Below, piece by piece: positions 1 to 13,861 of a DNA stretch of 64,000 nt. Numbering within the stretch: the stretch's first letter is position 1; every line of letters starts with the position of its first letter. The notes beneath the pieces were generated by a model. It was given only the letters and a program-made list of their open reading frames with translations, was not told the DNA's origin and made no database searches. The stretch is from Nematostella vectensis (Eukaryota), in assembly GCF_932526225.1 (NCBI RefSeq), contig NC_064039.1:6321459-6385458 (forward strand), written 5' to 3'. Position numbers and translations under genes: made by a program.

Positions 1-267
1 GCTCACATTCCTTACCTGTATGGCTTGTTCAAAGAACTTGAGAGATGTTTGGTCGCAAGTGGAACCTTCTCTGAGTGAAGCGGGCGATCTTGAGAGTCTT
101 ATATCAAACTAAATATTGGAATGCGGAATTTACAGTGTTAACAACAACAACAAAAATAGGCTCGCAGCGTACACGTAGCTACTGCAATGTTGCTAAACTA
201 GATACACTTGATGATGTAGATGATACATATTCATTAAACTTTTACTCAGTCTAAAATTGTTTGGATA

Positions 268-269
<2 letters not shown>

Positions 270-329
<60 letters not shown>

Positions 330-340
330 CGTGCGCCGAA
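270..340. repeat. (GT)n microsatellite of about 33 units, degenerating into (GCGT)n
   Basis: Uninterrupted gtgtgt... run visible from about 270 to 326, followed by gcgtgcgtgcgc. Confidence 0.95.
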
Positions 341-1199
341 CCGTGTTTAGGAGGACCGGTATTTGGATAAACACCAACGTTCAGAGGACCACCGTATTTA
401 CGAGGACCGACCTCCGGTCCTCGTAACGCTTTTTGTCTAGAACACCGTAAAACGTCGTGCAATGATATCCTAGAGGCTTTTTAAAGTGGTCCTCGTAAAC
501 CACCCTGGGCATGATTTGTAAGTGTGCATGATTTTGGTCCTTCTAAACCACCTTCCGTTAGCTTTTTACTTTTTATTGCTTTTTTCAGCCATACTCTAGG
601 AATCTTAGGTTTTGAGGCTATCTCACATATTATCAAGGAATAACAATTACAAAAAAGTTGTTTCTTCTAGTTTACACTCTTCTTTTTTTTTAGCCCCACA
701 CACACTTTTTTCAGTGGTCTTCCTAATGTCGGTGAAAAAACATGTCGTAGCAACGTCGGTGAAAAAACTTGTTATATTTTAATCAAGTGCAAGTAGGGAA
801 TTAAATGACACTATATAGTTGTTTTGTTCGTTTATTAGAATTGCAACAAATAAATCAATTCTATCACACTTTTCTTACAGTAATCAATAGAGAGGTTTCC
901 ACAAACCCGTAAAATATACCTCAGCGTATTATCTTCTCATTTTCATCTTCTTTTGACAACGACAAGAAATTACAGTAAATATTGGAAAATTCGCGGGTCT
1001 TGGGTTCCAAGGTTTAAATCCGCGATTTAAACCTTCAGCGGGAATTTTGTAGTTATTTTGGTAAATTAGTAGTATTTGGGGGCCAAAAAAAAACCTTGGG
1101 GTCCAAGACCTGACCGCGAATTTTTTTAGTGTTCGCGAATTTTCCGGTCGCGAATTTTCCAACATTCACTGTATCATTTGCTTGACAGGGTTATTGTAA

Positions 1200-4100
1200 C
1201 AATTCCAAAATCGTTATTGAATACATTATTTTAAGCTAAGCTCCTTATGCTCTGTACATTACATCCATGCTAATCAAATCTGAGCTAAGCCCCTTATCAA
1301 CTTTATATTAGACAAGATTAATCAAAATGAGGAAAGCCCTTCAGCACTGCACATGAGGCCAATGCTAATCAAACTGAGCTAAGCCCCTTATAAAACGTTT
1401 ATTTGACTAACACCAACCAAAATATCCGCCCCATATCCACTCTACACCACATAAATGATAATCAAACTGAGCTGAGGCCCCTATCTACTGTACATCAGAC
1501 CAATGATCATCAAACTGAAGTAAGCACCTTATCTAGCGCATTTAGACACGCTAATGAAACAAAGCAAAGCCCCTCCTTCACAGTACAGAAGACTGATGCT
1601 AATCAAACTTAGCTATGCCTCTTATCCATTGTACATGAAACCCTTATTCAACAGAGCTGAGCCCCTTATCCAATAATAATCAAACTGATTTAAGCCCCTT
1701 GTATATTAGACTAAAACTACTCAAAGAAAAGACCCATATCCCCTCGACACCTGACCAATTAAATTCAGACTGAGCTGTGCCACTTATCCACTGTACGACA
1801 AACAAATTATAATCAAACTGTACAAAGCGGCTTATTTACTTGAAAACAAGCCAATAATAATCAAACTGAACTAAGCAACTTATCCACCACACACCAAACT
1901 GATGCTAATCAAACAAAGCTCAGTCTGTTATCCACAGTACACGAGAGCTAAACTAACTCAACTGAGCTAAGGCCCTTATCCACCGTACAAACTGAACAAA
2001 GCTACTTATATATCGCATGCTAATCAAACTAAACCCCTTATCCACTATACACAAGACTTAGCTAGGGCCCCTTATCCACTGTACAAATGACCAACGCTAA
2101 TTCAACAGAGCTAAGCCCCTTGTCTACTGTTGTTCAGACAAATAATAAACAAACTGAATTAAGCCCGCCTATCCGCTGTTTATATGACCGGCTCCAACTA
2201 AACTGCTCTAAGCTCCTCAGCACTGCACAAGCAGCCAATGCTTCTTAAACTGAGCATAGCCCATTACTCACCGCACACCAAAATGACGCTAAGCAAACTG
2301 AGCCAAGCCCCTTATCCACCGCACATCAAACTGGTGCTAAGCAAACTGAGCTAAGCCCCTTATCCACCGCACACCAAAATAACACTAAGCAAACTGAACT
2401 AAGCCCCTTATCCACCACACACAAAACTGGTGCTAAGCAAACTGAACTAAACCCCCTTAAAATCCACTGCACACCAAACTGACACTAAGCAAACTGAACT
2501 ACGCCCCTTATCCACTGCACATACTGATGCTTATCAAACTGGGCCATTTCCTTTATCCAATATACACAGACCAATACTAATCAAACTGAACTAAGCCTTA
2601 TATTCACTGTACACAAGACCAACTCTAATTCAACTGAGCTTAGCACTTTATCCATTGCACACCAGACTGATGCAACACAAGACCAGCACTAGCTCATTTA
2701 AGCTAAGCCCTCACCACAGCACACCAAACCACAGACAAATGCTAATCAAACTAAAAGTACCTTAACCTCTGTACATCAAATTAAACTTTACCACTTATCC
2801 ATCACACACCAGACTGATGCCAATCAAAGTGAGTTAAGCCCCTCAAACACTGTACACAAGACCAACACTGACTCATCTGAGCCAGGGCCCTCAACACAGC
2901 ACACCAGGCAAATGATAATCAAACTGAGCTAAGCCCCGTATCCACTGTAAACCAATATGAGGTAAGCCCCATCTGCTCTACAACAAACCAATGATAATCA
3001 AACTGAGTTATCAGAACAATAATAACCAAACTGAACTTAACACCTTATCCACTGTACACCAGACCAATGATAGTCTAATTCACTTATCAACTCTACATCA
3101 AACAAATATTAATCAAACTGAACTAAGCACCTTATCTAATGCATTTAGACAAACACGAATGAAACCGAGCAAAGCCTCTTATCCACCATACACAAGACTG
3201 ATGTTATTCTAACTGAGCTTAAGCCCCTTATACACCACACACTATACTGGTGCTTAATCAAACTGGGCTTACTTATTCACTACACACCATACTGATGCTA
3301 TTCCAACTGAGCTTAAGCCCCTTATTCACTACACACTATACTGATGCTATTCAAACTGAGCTTACTTATTCACTACACACCATACTGATGCTATTCCAAC
3401 TGAGCTTGAGCCCCTTATTCACTACACACTATACTGATGCTATTCAAACTGAGCTTAAGCCCCTTATTCACCATACACCATACTGATGCTATTCAAACTG
3501 AGCTTACTTATTCACTACACACCATACTGATGCTATCCAAACTGAGCTTAAGCCCCTTATTCACTACACACCATACTGATGCTATTCAAACTGAGCTTAA
3601 GCCCCTTATTCACTACACACTATACTGATGCTATTCAAACTGAGCTTACTTATTCACTACACACTATACTGATGCTATTCAAACTGAGCTTACTTATTCA
3701 CTACACACCATACTGATGCTATCCAAACTGAGCTTAAGCCCCTTATTCACTACACACCATACTGATGCTATTCAAACTGAGCTTAAGCCCGTTATTCACT
3801 ACACACCATACGGATGCTATCCAAACTGAGCTTTTAAGCCCCTTATTCACTACACACTATACTAGTGCTATTCAAACTGAGCTTAAGCCCCTTATTCACT
3901 ACACACCATACTGATGCTATTCCAACTGAGCTTAAGCCCCTTATTCACTACACACCATACTGATGCTATTCAAACTGATTTTAAGCCCCTTATTCACTAC
4001 ACACCATACTGATGCTATTCAAACTGAGCTTAAGCCCCTTATTCACCACACACCATACTGATGTTATTCTAACTGAGCTTAAGCCCCTTATACACCACAC

Positions 4101-7100
4101 ACTATACTGGTGCTTAATCAAACTGGGCTTACTTATTCACTACACACCATACTGATGCTATTCAAACCGAGCTTAAGCCGTTATTCACTACACACTATAC
4201 GGATGCTATCCAAACTGAGCTAAAGCCCCTTATTCACTACACACCATACTGATGCTATTCAAACTGAGCTTAAGCCCGTTATTCACTACACACCATACGG
4301 ATGCTATCCAAACTGAGCTTTTAAGCCCCTTATTCACTACACACTATACTAGTGCTATTCAAACTGAGCTTAAGCCCCTTATTCACTACACACCATACTG
4401 ATGCTATTCCAACTGAGCTTAAGCCCCTTATTCACTACACACCATACTGATGCTATTCAAACTGATTTTAAGCCCCTTATTCACTACACACCATACTGAT
4501 GCTATTCAAACTGAGCTTAAGCCCCTTATTCACCACACACCATACTGATGTTATTCTAACTGAGCTTAAGCCCCTTATACACCACACACTATGCTGGTGC
4601 TTAATCAAACTGGGCTTACTTATTCACTACACACCATACGGATGCTATCCAAACTGAGCTTAAGCCCCTTATTCACTACACACCATACTGATGCTATTCC
4701 AACTGAGCTTAAGCCCCTTATTCACTACACACTATACTGATGCTATTCAAACTGAGCTTACTTATTCACTACACACCATACTGATGCTATTCAAACTGAG
4801 CTTACTTATTCACTACACACCATACTGATGCTATCCAAACTGAGCTTAAGCCCCTTATTCACTACACACCATACTGATGCTATTCAAACTGAGCTTAAGC
4901 CCGTTATTCACTACACACCATACGGATGCTATCCAAACTAAGCTTAAGCCCCTTATTCACTACACACTATACTAGTGCTATTCAAACTGAGCTTAAGCCC
5001 CTTATTCACTACACACCATACTGATGCTATTCCAACTGAGCTTAAGCCCATTATTCACTACACACTATACTGGTGCTTAATCAAACTGGGCTTACTTATT
5101 CACTACACACCATACTGATGCTATTCAAACTGAGCTTAAGCCCCTTATTCACTACACACCATACTGATGCTATTCCAACTGAGCTTAAGCCCCTTATACA
5201 CCACACACCATACTGGTGCTATTCAAACTGAGTCTAAGCCCCTTATACACCACACACTATACTGATGCTATTCAAACTGAGCTTAAGCCCCTTATTCACT
5301 ACACACTATACTGATGCTATTCCAACTGAGCTTTAGCCCCTTATACACCACACACCATACTAGATGCTATTCAAACTGAGCTTAAGGCCCTTATTCACCA
5401 CACACTATACTGATGCTATTCAAACTGAGCTTAAGCCCCTTATACACCACACACTATACTGATGCTATTCCAACTGAGCTTAAGCCCCTTATACACCACA
5501 CACTATACTGATGCTATTCAAACTGAGCTTAAGCCCCTTATACACCACACACTATACTGATGCTATTCAAACTGAGCTTAAGCCCCTTATTCACTACACA
5601 TCATACTGATGCTATTCCAACTGAGCTTAAGCCCCTTATACACCACACACCATACTGATGCTATTCAAACTGAGCTTAAGCCCCTTATACACCACACACC
5701 ATACTGATGTTATTCTAACTGAGCTTAAGCCCCTTATACACCACACACTATACTGGTGCTTAATCAAACTGGGCTTACTTATTCACTACACACCATACTG
5801 ATGCTATTCAAACAGAGCTTAAGCCCCTTATTTACTACACACCATACTGATGCTATTCAATCTGAGCTTAAGCCCCTCATTCACTACACACCATACTGAT
5901 GCTATTCAAACTGAGTTTAAGCCCCTTATTCACCACACACTATACTGATGCTATTCCAACTGAGCTTAAGCCCCTTATACACCACACACCATACTGATGC
6001 TATTCCAACTGAGCTTTAGCCCCTTATACACTACACACCATACTGATGCTATCCAAACTGAGCTTAAGGCCCTTATTCACTACACACCATACTGATGCTA
6101 TTCAAACTGAGTTTAAGCCCCTTATACACCACACACTATACTGATGCTATGCAAATGTTAATGACACTGAATTAAGCGCTTATCCACTGTAAACTAGACC
6201 AACACTAACTCATCTGAACTATGCCCCACCAGAACCTAGTGTTTAGAATTAAGCCCCTATCCACTGTTCATCATCAGACTAATAATAATCAAAACAAGTT
6301 AAGCTCTTACCCACTGTTTATACGATCAGCTCTAATAAAAATGAGCTAAGCCCCTCAGCACTGTATAAAGGCCAATGCTAAGCAAACTGAGCTGACTCCC
6401 TTATTCACTGTACAGAATTGAAATGCACAACACACCAGATACTGATGTCCAACACACACCAGATTCTGGTGCTTATCAAACTGAACCAGCCCATATCAAC
6501 TGTACATAAGACTGAGCCAAGCACCTTTTCCATCAAATTGGACTTAAGCCAGTTATCATCAGACTGATGCCTCCAGTTATATCATCAAACTGAGCTAAGC
6601 CCCTTGTACACAAGACAATCCTAATTCAACTCAGCTTAGCCCCTAGCCAACACACAAGGGGCCAATGCTAATCAAACTGAGCTACAAGTGCACTTTACGT
6701 CAAATTGAACTCAGCCAGTTATCCATCACATACCAGACAAATGCTAATCAAACTGAGCTAGTATATGGGAACAATAATAATCAAACTGACTAGGTCCCTT
6801 ATCAACCACACACCAGACTGATGCTAAGCATACTGAACTAAACCCCCTATTGTACACAAGACTGAGCTAAGCACCTTTTCCACTGTAAACCAGACCAATC
6901 CTAATTTAACTGTGCATGGCCCCTTATCCAATAATAATCAAAATGGAATTATGCACCGCACACCAGACTAATGCTAAGCAAACTGAGCTGAGCGCCTAAT
7001 CCATTGTACATAAGACCAATGCTATTCAAACTGGGCTAATCCATATATTCACTGTACATAAGACCAATGCTATTCAAACTGGGCTAATCCTTATAATCAC

Positions 7101-7190
7101 TGTAGTTGAACCCCATATCTGCTGTACAGGTGACCAATGCTAATCAAACTGAGTTGAGCCTCTTATCCACCACACACCAGGCAGGGCAGT
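1200..7190. repeat. Satellite DNA array of 44-49 bp monomers with a shared core (aatcaaactgagctaagcccctta...). Flanks are diverged; the 3230-6160 core is homogenised.
   Basis: More than 100 head-to-tail monomers. In the core, ctgagctta recurs at period 49 (for example 3542 and 3591). It alternates with a 44 bp variant that lacks agcccc. Outer monomers (1200-3230 and 6160-7190) share the motif with many substitutions. ORF-track ORFs here (1403-1612, 2991-3628) are repeat artefacts. Confidence 0.95.
3230..6160. repeat. Homogenised core of the 49/44 bp satellite. Consensus: ctgagcttaagccccttattcactacacaccatactgatgctattcaaa.
   Basis: About 60 near-identical monomers. Recurring subvariants (tacaccacacac versus ttcactacacac, ccaactgag versus caaactgag) suggest higher-order organisation. 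Confidence 0.9.
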
Positions 7191-7936
7191 AGAAGTGATT
7201 ATTTAACCTGAAAAGGAAAAAAATAATAAAAGTAACAGTTATTGATTAAGTGCCTTTTTGTAGAGGTTATATACAGTAAAAAAGAACATGCAAAACAACA
7301 GACAGGTGATACAACTATTGCAGGTAGACTGGGCAATTCCACATGAGATATGCAATATCAAGATTTTTTCAAATTACATTGAGCCTTCCAAACCATTGAG
7401 CCTTATGAAAATGATAAAATATTGAGAATTTGGGTTCACGCCCATTTCACAGGGCTCACTGAAAAAGGGGCTTGTGCCTTGGAGTGAAAAAAATTCCAGA
7501 TTTCTCACTTGTTTCTGCATGAGGACACATTATTGTGGACATTACTTAATGTCCACAACGTTGACATATTTAAGTTTAATTTAGGAAAAAAGCTTCACAT
7601 AAATGTGAAGAATCATTAAAATTCATCTTTTAGATACATGCATCTTTTATGTAAAAAATAAAAATTGAGAATATCTATCCTACTTATATCATATTTTTTT
7701 TTCAAAAAGAAAGGTTGATTTTTATGTTATCTCTGCAATACTTCTATTTCAATGAATAAAAAAAACTGGATGTCATTTTTTTGGGGAAAGCTACAGTACG
7801 ACTTTTGCAGTGAATGGTATGAGAAGCAATTTAAAATAGAATTAGAAACAAATGTCAATTTTTGTCTTTGGATGTGATGCACAACAATCATGAACAAAAA
7901 GAATGTAAACATCATGGAAATCATCATTCTCCATAC

Positions 7937-8416
7937 ACAGAGCTTCTGGAATTACGCAAAAAAAACCCTCAAAATTACGCGGGATTCTTTACTAAATTAT
8001 CCGCTACATTACACGGAATATCAACTGTTACGCCCAAACTACATTTTGTACCGAAGGAAAGCACGAAATAACTTGAAAAGGTGATTTTTTTGTGTGAAAA
8101 TAGGCAAGTTTTCATTGGCTCCGCTACCAGCCTATAAAAAAAGGTATTTTATTATTAGTCCTAGGCCTTCGCAGTTTAGCAAAAGAGCACCTAGTCATTT
8201 TATTTGTTTTCGAAATTCCGTTCGAAACATCGCACTCTTACAAAGAATATCTCTCTTTTTTTACGAGAAATAGAGGTAAGAACCCATCAGCTGTGCAATT
8301 AAATGTTTTGTCTTTCAAAATTTATGCAAATTATGTGGGATTATGTGGAAATTTGTGGATTACGCGGAAAAAGCCAAATTACGCGCTTCCGCACAAGCGC
8401 GTAATTCCAGAAGCCC
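7937..8416. mobile_element. MITE-like element of about 480 bp with 16 bp terminal inverted repeats gcttctggaattacgc / gcgtaattccagaagc
   Basis: 7942 agagcttctggaattacgc and 8396 gcgtaattccagaagccc are exact reverse complements. Subterminal aaattacgcg motifs occur at both ends. There is no coding capacity. Confidence 0.55.
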
Positions 8417-11400
8417 TGCATACATGAGATGTAAGACCAAAACAATGAGCTTGTCACAAGTTTGAAGAACAAGAGGCTAAAAGTAAACATAAAGGAGAAA
8501 CTTTTACATTTGGAAGGCCAGCTTAAAGTCACTTTGTTCCCTATAAAAATAGAAAAAATGTGCACTCTATAAACAAATGGAGGGTTCAACTTTGAAATAA
8601 ATATGAGTGTTTGCATAACTTGTATAAAATATTTGGATGTTTTGGATTGGACAAAAATCCACATTTATGCTGTTTTAAGTATGAGCAGAGCTTGATGTGC
8701 CCTAAAATTGGATTGGGATGACTTATAACTTCTGGTTTAGGGCTGGATTTCAATATAAATTGTTGCTGATTTGCTGCAATGATAATGCTATGGAGAACAT
8801 TTCTCATTTGTTATTTGAGAGAAGTAGGTACTATACCCATTATAGACCACAAAAATTGATGGCAAGGAAATTTAGAAAACGATCGCAAGAAGTGTTTTAC
8901 TGACCATATTATCGAAAGCTCTTACCTAATATCAGACTTCTTTGTGAGAGTAATACAAAAAAAAATGCAAGTATTTTAACTGTAACTAAAATACCACAGA
9001 CAATAATTGTTGACGAATTTAGTTTTTAAAAGTCATGTTTGTAAATGTCTGACAGCTCAAATTTATGTTGAATAATTCAGCAAATGTTAGACTGTCTGAT
9101 AATACATCGGGTTGCAAGGGTAAGGTACTGTCCAAACAAATCAGGAATACAGAGGCCAAATAGCATCCTGAGACATCAACAACAAAATGGAAGGTTTTTA
9201 AACTCGCCATGAGGTGCATGAGTAAAGATTATTTCTTGTTTTGGGAATTATAGCCAAATTCGTTGTTGTGCGACCTCCAAAAATCCAAAATCCCTTTCTT
9301 TGTTTGATAATGGTGCGTAGTCAATCAAACCAAACAATCAAAACCAGCTGTAATAAACACCAAGTCTTGTAAAAAGCTTTGGAAAACATTGTTCTCTAAA
9401 TGTCAGTTCTTCAACTTGACGAGTGATTTTTATGATTTTTTTTTGCAACTGTCCAATAATAGGTACCGTCTGAAAATAGGTATGAGTACCTTAAAGGTTC
9501 TGTAACACCCTATCAAACAAATTTCATTATCCTCTTTAACAAATATTCTGGCATAGAATACAAATATTGTGGTCAATTTGTTTAAAAGCCATGTAAATGT
9601 TTATTCATATTAACATTATATACAGTCATAAAAACACTAACAGCTTTCTTAACTTGAACTGTTTTAATATTAGCTTATCTATTTGATAACCCATTAAGCA
9701 TTGTGGGTTATGAGACATGGGCTCCTTAAAAGTGTGGTATGCCAGTTCAGGAAGAAAGGAAGTAATATAATGGTTCATTGTCCTTGTGAAAATGCCAAAA
9801 AGTCATGAAGATATTCAGCAGAAATCGCAAGCTGTGCACCAACTATCAGTGTAATGGTGAACGGTGAACGGAAAGATGCCGAGAAATGGCAATTTCTAGT
9901 GAGAATTCACCCCAATTCAGAAGGAAATCTTTGCAGTTATGGCTTCTCTTTTAATAAAACTGTACCTGTATCTCCTTAAAAGGAAACAGTGTGAACAGGA
10001 AACCATTTAACCATTTCATAATCCCATGACAATTAAAGACTTATTAGAGATGACATTAAATTTTAACAAAGAAGCAGTAAGCTGTTCCTCTGTGCTGTTC
10101 ATTGATTAGTGTCTGCAGATAAGTCTTGTTGTTTTCTCTTGAATTTGTAGAGTTATCATAGATAAATATACACATTTTTTTGTCAAACAGTTCCTCTGAC
10201 TTGATTTCAGAGGTTCGCAATAATGCACGGTTATTGATTAAATCGACCAAATCATGATAGCTACACAGAGGAAATCTTGCATGTGATTCACCCTGAGCTT
10301 ACATAATATTCTATCTAATCCTTGCAATACTTTGAAGCTTTGAAAACTGTTTGGTAAACTGGAAAAACCGAAAGTGTGCGACGTTCTGCTACCAAGCTGC
10401 CATTTTGAACTATTGGTTTACTGCGAATGAAATGCCAGAGTGGCCTGGAGTCGAATGTTTTGATGGCCAATGTTAATCCATTTTTTCCCTCCTTCCCAAA
10501 CTGGCATTCTCCCCACTGCTTAGAGCTTAGCTGCTTAGTGTATCCAACCGGAAGTAATATTGCAAAAGTGAAAAGGTAAACTTTTAGGCCAAAATGGACA
10601 AAAATACCACAATATTCATATTGGTTGCCAGATTTGCTAAAGATGACCCCCGAGGTGTTAACAGGAACTAATGAACTAGGTGTTCACATAGTCATGTTTG
10701 GGCTGAAGAAAACAAATGTGCCATATGACTGTCAATTAGTTTAACTAAGACAAAATAAAGATGCAGTAAACAAAGCATAAATATTGAGAATAAAACCTAA
10801 AATCGTCAGAAATGTGTAATGAAAGCCCGTTTAGATTTGAAAGGCAATTAAAAAAAAACGGTTCAAATTTTAATTTGGATTTTTCGCGCTTATTTTAAAA
10901 GGTGTCATTAAGTACTCATAAGTATTGCGCGCATGTACAAACAACAAACTTCAAAAATTTATAGCCTGCGTAGCGGCTATAAAAAAATTATCGCTTCAAA
11001 ACCTATCCAAACATCGCTTATTTTCCGTTTTGTTTCAAGAAAGATTGATGAGTAGGTTATGTTATATATAGAGCCACTTTATTTTATGCTTGTCTTTACG
11101 GAGCTACGCACTCACTGAAGAAATGAATAAATTTTGTTCGGCTCGAGCGAGGGCCGAGTACGGGAGAATACAAGGTTGAGGATTAGTTAATAAAACAAAT
11201 CACGATTATCATTATCATTTAAACTTACCTTCCGGATGTGCTCCAAAATCTTTATACAAAGTATTTAGAAGGTAAAAATGGATGTTTAACTTCGGATGGT
11301 GGATGATTTTCGATGATGAAGGATCGTGCAACCACGGCTCGTCTCGAAAACAGTTCTCCAACTCAAACTGTCTTCAGATAAACTGCTGCCAAGGTAACAC

Positions 11401-12449
11401 TACAAATGATATATACCACAGGAGTCCCGTCGAATGAGCGTGCATTATTCCTTCTGTATCTCAATGATGTATTTATCGATTCTTTTATTAATACTTATTT
11501 ACTTTAACGAAAATTTGAAAGACCTGTCAACTAATCTTCAGATTATATAATAAGGAGGTATCTCAGAAATTATGAAAAAATATAAAACGTAGAAATCGAG
11601 GATCAATGTTTTTACAGCCTAATAGTGACTGGGTGTTTCCGAAACTTTAAATTAAAGTCCGTATAACCACCTTTCACTAGCAGAAAGAAACATTGATAAG
11701 CTTTCAAATTATGAAAAGGAAATTGAATTTGATTGAGATTTAGTTTTCCTACAGAACTTTGAAAATTGATGGTCATTTTCTTGGCCGCACAAAACGGGGA
11801 TTGAATCTTAGGGTACTATCGTTTTCCGTTTTGGCAAAGAAGTCTAAACAACGCTTTTAAATAATATCGATCAACCACTCCTTTGTTATTGTTTAATACA
11901 GTGGTTTATTTGCAAAAAAACTTCAACATAACAATCCACGAATGAAGTCTGATACGTTATTGACGATATTTGATTGAAAATATTTTGGTTACTCGCTTGA
12001 ACTAGCTGATGGAAACGGATGTTTTGTGTAATTCGGCATTAAGTAGGAGTATAAAATGGTGGCGTGATTAGCCTTCTTTAAGCTCGTAAAAATTCTGAGA
12101 CGGCAATCACAAAATAATAACTCGATTTTGCATTGCTACCTACACTAAAAAAATTGCATTGCTACCTACACACTACCCAAAGGAAAACGGAAGAAATGTG
12201 AAGGGAATCATCACAGGTAGCTCGAGCTCTTTATTTATCTCTATTGAGTAAACATAAACATGAAAAAGAAACAAAAGGCTTATCGAAGAGGAAAGTGTTG
12301 TTTAGGGCGTTAGCCCTTATTGACAGCAAAATAGACCATCCCCATTCACAGTAGGGATTGTTAAAAATAACTCCGTTTGCATAGATTACACCGTGTAAGA
12401 GTGCATCATATATGTTTTCGCAAAAGTATTTGCATTTGTATTTGTGTGT

Positions 12450-13126
12450 GTGGTAATCCCCGTAGCTTAGATAACGCATTTGGTGCGGACCTACGGTTGT
12501 ACAAGATTATCCATGTGCGTGTTACTCTCCATAGCTTAGATAACGTGTCTGGTGTTGTCCTCATAACTACGGTTGTACAAGATTATCCGTGTGTGTGGTA
12601 CTCTCCGTAGCTAAGATAACGTATCTGGTGTGGTCCTCATAACTACGGTTGTACAAGATTATGGGTGTGTGGTACTCTCCGTAGCTTAGATAACGTGTCT
12701 GGTGCGGTCCTCGTAACTACGGTTGTACCAGATTATCCGTGTGCGTGTTACTCTCCATAGCTTAGATAACATGTCTGGTGCGGTCCTCGTAACTACGGTT
12801 GTACCAGATTATCCGTGTGTGTGTTACTCTCCATAGCTTAGATAACGTGTCTGGTGTTGTCCTCATAACTACGGTTGTACAAGATTATCCGTGTGTGTGT
12901 GTGGTACTCTCCGTAGCTTAGATAACGTATCTGGTGTGGTCCTCATAACTACGGTTGTACAAGATTATCCGTGTGTGGTACTCTCTGTAGCTTAGATATC
13001 GTGTGTGATGTGTTCCTCGTAACTACGGTTGTAAAAGATTATCCGTGTGTGGTACTCTCCGTAGCTAAGGATAACGTGTCAGTTGCGGTCCTCATAACTA
13101 CAGTTGTACAAAATTATCCGTGTGTG
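12450..13126. repeat. Satellite 2 array a. Monomers of 74-78 bp: ccgtgtgtgtggtactctccgtagcttagataacgtgtctggtgcggtcctcataactacggttgtacaagattat.
   Basis: About 9 tandem monomers. Each carries a short (GT)n core. Confidence 0.9.
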
Positions 13127-13861
13127 GTAAACTCAGAAAATCACCTAGTAAGCCCGCCCCGATAAGCTCTCCAACTCCTGTTATCCTCGGACCGAAAAGA
13201 AAATCCTGCTAACTGACAGGAGCACAAGAGCTCCAGTAAATGTACCGGGAATCTCAACTTATGCGAAAAATTGTACCAAAAAATCGATGTTTTTTTTCTA
13301 ATATTTATAACTGAATTCATAGATCAATTACTCATCTTCAGTTTGCTAAGTTTAGATAATCAATTTGTTGCTTTTTTGTAATCAAATCTCGCCATTTTCA
13401 AGTCGTGTCGAGTTGTAGTAAATTTTCATCAGAGAGGAATAGAAACCCTTTCAATGGTTTTACAGAACACGGCAAGAAGAGGACCAATCACGGCTAACAT
13501 CATTTTATGCGATCACTTATCGGCCAATAAGGTTTCACCTCGATTTGACATGTAGCTGTCACCGTGCGCCTAAAAGATTGTAAACAACTTTGCGAAGTTA
13601 TTGGAAGTTTTGCTACAACATGAGGCTTTATTACTTGTTTTTTAATCTTTTTTTTTTAAGTGCCTACGCTTAACGCGATGTTTGGTGTCTCAGCTGTCTA
13701 AAAACATCGAGAAATCAAGGATTTCTTATTAAAACTCATTCATTATTCAGCCAATCTATTCATAAACTTTGAAAATTATAAATAATTACCTTATTCCCGA
13801 AAACTCTCCCGGTAACCTAACGGGTCCGGTAATTACCGGTCCATTTCAGAAACGACCCCCT
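13127..13861. repeat. Unique-type spacer, copy 1, embedded in satellite 2. It is duplicated at 14946-15770.
   Basis: About 735 bp that re-appear at roughly 97% identity after the next satellite block. Shared strings include aaatcacctagtaagcccgccccgataagctctccaa and ggtaattaccggtcc. Confidence 0.85.

Noticed and set aside
1403-3628. ORF-track ORFs inside the 49 bp satellite (1403-1612, 2991-3212, 3250-3486, 3437-3628)
   Set aside because: These are periodic translations of tandem repeats (repeated LSPLFTTHYTDAIQTEL). There are no splice signals or homology, so they are artefacts.
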